The position numbers were made by a program, and so were the translations under genes. This document shows, piece by piece, positions 61,051 to 64,000 of a stretch of 64,000 nucleotides of DNA. This DNA comes from an uncultured Rhodospirillales bacterium (GTDB lineage: Bacteria > Pseudomonadota > Alphaproteobacteria > RF32 > CAG-239). The notes beneath the pieces are model-generated. The model ran no database searches and was not told the DNA's origin. It saw only the letters and a program-made list of their open reading frames with translations. The DNA lies in assembly GCA_902761715.1 (NCBI GenBank), contig CACWLK010000001.1, positions 10,899-74,898 on the forward strand. The letters are read 5' to 3'. Position 1 is the first letter of the stretch. Each line of letters starts with the position of its first letter.

Positions 61051-61079
61051 TTGACAAAAAAATATTTTTTGGCTAATAT
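61051..61079 (+). promoter_or_regulatory. predicted promoter TTGACA-17-TAATAT
   Basis: Read by eye, upstream of 61115. Confidence 0.5.
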
Positions 61080-61114
61080 CCGGTTCGAAAAGTATCATTA
61101 ACATTATTATTCAT

Positions 61115-61582
61115 ATGGAAAAAGTCAGATGCTATGTTGACAACCGACTTTTTATTGTCAACACCCCTGCCCGACAAAAGGCTATTGTAAATGTTCTCTT
61201 GGACGACACGGTTGAAATTGCTTTTTTTGAGCCCATTGCTCATAATCAGGATTTCTTTGCCGCGCACGCACACCGTTTCATCTGGAGGTGGTCCAATTAC
61301 CATTACTTCAAGAGCTGTTTTCCTTCGGCCGAAACTTGTCTGTTAGCAAACCAAGACCTGACAACTCCTGTCTTCTGGGGATGCTACACCTCGTCTCGTG
61401 CTAATGCCGAAAGCAAGAACCCGTCATGGATTACTCTTAATGACGACGGTCTCTGCACCTCCGAGCCCAACTTTTGCGTGCCCAATGTTTATGGTGCACT
61501 GTATATGCCACTCACTCAATTCCGCCTCATTAACCGCAATTTTGACGTGAATGACTATCTGTTCTCTTCCACTCGGGTTTAA
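61115..61582 (+). CDS. hypothetical protein, 155 aa
   Basis: GC-rich ORF with an SD-less leader and no family signature. The antisense 76-aa ORF (61073-61303) is judged spurious. Confidence 0.5.
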   Translation: MEKVRCYVDNRLFIVNTPARQKAIVNVLLDDTVEIAFFEPIAHNQDFFAAHAHRFIWRWSNYHYFKSCFPSAETCLLANQDLTTPVFWGCYTSSRANAESKNPSWITLNDDGLCTSEPNFCVPNVYGALYMPLTQFRLINRNFDVNDYLFSSTRV

Positions 61583-61615
61583 CCCTATTTATTTATCTAA
61601 AAAACAAAAACTTAG

Positions 61616-62113
61616 ATGAAGAAGATTATTGTTCTTATCATTCCTTTGATGATTAGCGTATCATCATTCGCTCAAACTTGTGCAGTTTATTACAGTGCTA
61701 CAGTGCGTGGTGGCTACAATGTTCTTGCCAACCAGCCCACTGCCGACGTAACCGTAACCAACGATCGTGACAACCTTCGTTGCAAAATCGAATTTGGCAT
61801 GGGAACATTGCCTGCAGTCGCCGGTAATCAAACATCGCGTTTTGTTTACGTCAATCCCGCACTCGGCTTTATTTTTGGCGGGCGCAACGCCTACTATGTC
61901 CTGGCCGGTGCGACCTCGTGGAGAAAATATCCTTCTCCATATCAAAACAACGTTATTGATGACTGTTGGCGGCTCAAGTTTGACAGCGGTATTGAATTCA
62001 GGATTAATGACCTGCTCTTCTGGAATGTGGAGGCATCTTATATTCCCTCCCGCAAGTCTGACGGAGAATGTCAGTATCTTGCCCTCAAGACCGGCATCGG
62101 CTTCAATTTCTGA
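61616..62113 (+). CDS. small outer-membrane beta-barrel-like protein
   Basis: Signal peptide MKKIIVLIIPLMISVSSFAQT, alternating hydrophobic strands, and a C-terminal GIGFNF ending in Phe. Confidence 0.55.
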   Translation: MKKIIVLIIPLMISVSSFAQTCAVYYSATVRGGYNVLANQPTADVTVTNDRDNLRCKIEFGMGTLPAVAGNQTSRFVYVNPALGFIFGGRNAYYVLAGATSWRKYPSPYQNNVIDDCWRLKFDSGIEFRINDLLFWNVEASYIPSRKSDGECQYLALKTGIGFNF

Positions 62114-62132
62114 GTTTTATCCCTACAAAAAT

Positions 62133-62168
62133 AAGCCCAGCTCTCAAGAGTTGGGCTTATTTCTTTCT
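62133..62168 (+). terminator. Rho-independent terminator
   Basis: AAGCCCAGCTC...GAGTTGGGCTT hairpin followed by a T-rich run. Confidence 0.7.
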
Positions 62169-62220
62169 ACGTGATCCGTACGGCTTCCAACTATGCCTTA
62201 AATATACAAAAAAAATTCAA

Positions 62221-62249
62221 TTGACAAAAAAGACATAATGTGATACAAA
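62221..62249 (+). promoter_or_regulatory. predicted promoter TTGACA-17-TACAAA
   Basis: Read by eye, upstream of 62305. Confidence 0.4.
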
Positions 62250-62304
62250 ATGCCCTACACGAGAGTTATTAAGCGATTATTTTCATTTTTAACATTACAA
62301 AACA

Positions 62305-62727
62305 ATGTTACGAATTAAAGCAAACGAGAAACCGGTAATCATTGCCGTTTTGCGAGATCCCGAACACAGGTGCAGAATTGACTTTGGATGCTACGACCCC
62401 GACATCGTTTCAGAAACGATTGCATGCATTCGTACCACGCATCCCAACGGTAGCCAATCCTACCTCAAGCTCACTCCGGCCAAAGACGTTGACAACAACC
62501 TTTGCCTGAAGAAAGAGCCCTTGCAGTACAACCGCACCATGGTCTCATGGGAGTGCCTTGCTGGCAACGTACTGGAGTTCGATGAAGGATCATTCCTTGT
62601 TACGCGCATGAACGACATCCACAATGACCGCCCGCTGATTATCCTGGCCGAAGGCGAGACCAACTGGGAATACACCCCTGCTACCATGGTCAAGCATCAC
62701 ATTGGGCTCATTTTGCCGCCTCAGTAA
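62305..62727 (+). CDS. hypothetical protein, 140 aa
   Basis: GC-rich ORF with an SD-less leader and its own terminator. Confidence 0.5.
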   Translation: MLRIKANEKPVIIAVLRDPEHRCRIDFGCYDPDIVSETIACIRTTHPNGSQSYLKLTPAKDVDNNLCLKKEPLQYNRTMVSWECLAGNVLEFDEGSFLVTRMNDIHNDRPLIILAEGETNWEYTPATMVKHHIGLILPPQ

Positions 62728-62749
62728 GCGCTTAACAACCGCATACCCC

Positions 62750-62784
62750 AGCCTCAACTCACTAGAGTTGGGGCTTATTTTTTT
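62750..62784 (+). terminator. Rho-independent terminator
   Basis: AGCCTCAACTC-ACTA-GAGTTGGGGCT hairpin followed by T-rich TATTTTTTT. Confidence 0.75.
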
Positions 62785-62826
62785 ACCAAATTTTATATAT
62801 TCGATGCTAAGCTTGTAGAGTAAAAG

Positions 62827-63705
62827 ATGTCACTTTTGTCTACAAATCGTATACAATATATTACAGAGCAACTATCATGGGGTAATTTCATGGATATTCG
62901 AGCTAAAATAGCGCATATGCGAAACCTCATAAACGGCAAAAAAGAGGACAAATGCCCTACTGCAGTACTATTTTATATTGCCAATAGCAGACAGTGTCCA
63001 GATACATATTCTGTTGAACCGTGGTACAGCAAAATAAAGAGCCTTTCTGGCAATGCTACCAAATATTATGGAGATTTTCATAAAGCCGTTATTTTCGGTA
63101 TGTACCCTGAATTAGAAGATGCCTGCAAATACTTTGAAAAATCTATTAACTCTGCAATAAAATCAGACCCTAAACTTTCTACGAAAGTAATGAAGAAAAT
63201 TGAGCAAGATACAATAAAAAACTTCAATCTCCCCAACCAATATTCTATAAACACTCCAACTGATGCACAACAAAAACAAATTGACATCCAAATAGCGAAA
63301 ATATATAGCAACTTTGTAGATACTGAGATTAATTCATACAACCCTGCGACCCAAGCATTAGCAAAATCTCTAAAACACTCACAGCCTAAAAATGTACAAA
63401 GTCAGTCTGAGCTTCTAGGTCATTTTCACCTACTTGATATGTTAAGCCAAAATGAAGAAGTTTTTAACAGAATTAAATCAAAGTACCCAGCTGACGTTGT
63501 ACACAACACCGAACAACTATACAGTCTAAAGCATCAAGGCGTTGTTGACGACAAGTACAACATCAAAGATTACAAAAAATTTAAGCAATCATCTCTGGTA
63601 CAAAACTTTGTATATGAAAAACAAACTTATAATTTAGAAAAAAACTTAATGTCTGCAGCCGAAACCTTAAATCTCAAAGCACAAGATCCATGGGATAGAT
63701 ATTAA
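62827..63705 (+). CDS. hypothetical AT-rich protein, 292 aa
   Basis: Long ORF, K/N/Q-rich, with no family signature. Confidence 0.5.
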   Translation: MSLLSTNRIQYITEQLSWGNFMDIRAKIAHMRNLINGKKEDKCPTAVLFYIANSRQCPDTYSVEPWYSKIKSLSGNATKYYGDFHKAVIFGMYPELEDACKYFEKSINSAIKSDPKLSTKVMKKIEQDTIKNFNLPNQYSINTPTDAQQKQIDIQIAKIYSNFVDTEINSYNPATQALAKSLKHSQPKNVQSQSELLGHFHLLDMLSQNEEVFNRIKSKYPADVVHNTEQLYSLKHQGVVDDKYNIKDYKKFKQSSLVQNFVYEKQTYNLEKNLMSAAETLNLKAQDPWDRY

Positions 63706-63731
63706 AAAGCCGCCATCAAGGCGGCCTTTTG
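63704..63731 (+). terminator. Rho-independent terminator
   Basis: GCCGCC-ATCAA-GGCGGC hairpin followed by CTTTTG. Confidence 0.7.
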
Positions 63732-63733
63732 AT

Positions 63734-63809
63734 TGGTGGGAGTTGAGAGGTTCGAACTCCCGACCCTCTCGGTGTAAACGAGATGCTCTTCCAGCTGAGC
63801 TAAACTCCC
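63734..63809 (-). tRNA. tRNA-Val (anticodon UAC), 76 nt, CCA encoded
   Basis: Reverse complement GGGAGTTTAGCTCAGCTGGAAGAGCA-TCTCG-TTTACAC-CGAGA-...GGGAGTTCGAACCTCTCAACTCCCACCA. Confidence 0.95.
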
Positions 63810-64000
63810 ATTCATTTGCTGAAACAGTTTATAACCATTTTAAAATAATAAATCAAGCAAAAAATTCATCATTATGCGATTTTTTTTATTTCTCGCTCAC
63901 CTCACCGATAAAAAGGTGCGAGATTTTCAGCAAAATCAAATAATAAATTAAGAAATAAAAAAACTTAACAAACCAATGCCGTTTACTGATTTTTTCCGGC

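Noticed and set aside
61082-61089. GGTTCGAA upstream of the 155-aa gene matches the T-arm of tRNA-Val (63734-63809) and could be an att remnant.
   Set aside because: Only 8 nt match, which is far shorter than real att repeats, and the sequence is a common motif. It is not significant.

Overview
This is a gene-dense 64-kb chromosomal window with about 66 protein genes and 3 tRNAs. I found no rRNA, CRISPR array, transposase or phage integrase. Marker genes point to a low-GC alphaproteobacterium: a full-length CcrM-type beta-class adenine methyltransferase, the atpHAGDC F1 operon, ppx-rlmE-rsmB, priA, xerC, accBC, rnhB, dapE and xthA, plus the peptidoglycan-recycling genes murQ, nagZ, nagA and nagB. 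Three things stand out against this backbone. (1) 13356-17488 is a visibly more AT-rich two-gene island. It encodes a 1012-aa single-chain Type IIG-like restriction-modification fusion (PD-ExK nuclease, gamma-class NPPY methylase, target-recognition region). Its stop overlaps (ATGA) the start of a 365-aa Schlafen/AlbA_2-domain protein with an unassigned C-terminal half. This is the best candidate for a non-standard defence module. (2) 17599-26727 is an 11-gene plus-strand cluster (flavodoxins, FMN reductases, aldo-keto reductase, hydrolase, CMD-cupin, DXS-like enzyme, Tag, ABM) behind a 19-bp-spacer, MerR-style promoter. All five members with signal-peptide-like N-termini carry a second SD+ATG exactly where the hydrophobic segment ends, and the last gene is frameshifted. 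(3) At least eight scattered small cassettes (87, 46, 327, 77, 394, 249, 155+165 and 140 aa) look GC-richer than their neighbours. Most have a near-consensus TTGACA-N16/17-TATAAT promoter, an SD-less A/T-only leader containing TTAATTATT or TTATTAA, and a hairpin terminator. Several large orphan proteins have no family I can name: 495 aa with HExxH, 508 aa coiled-coil, 646 aa with an AHCHG elbow, and 292 aa. All functional calls come from motif recognition by eye, and no database search or computation beyond hand counting was possible.
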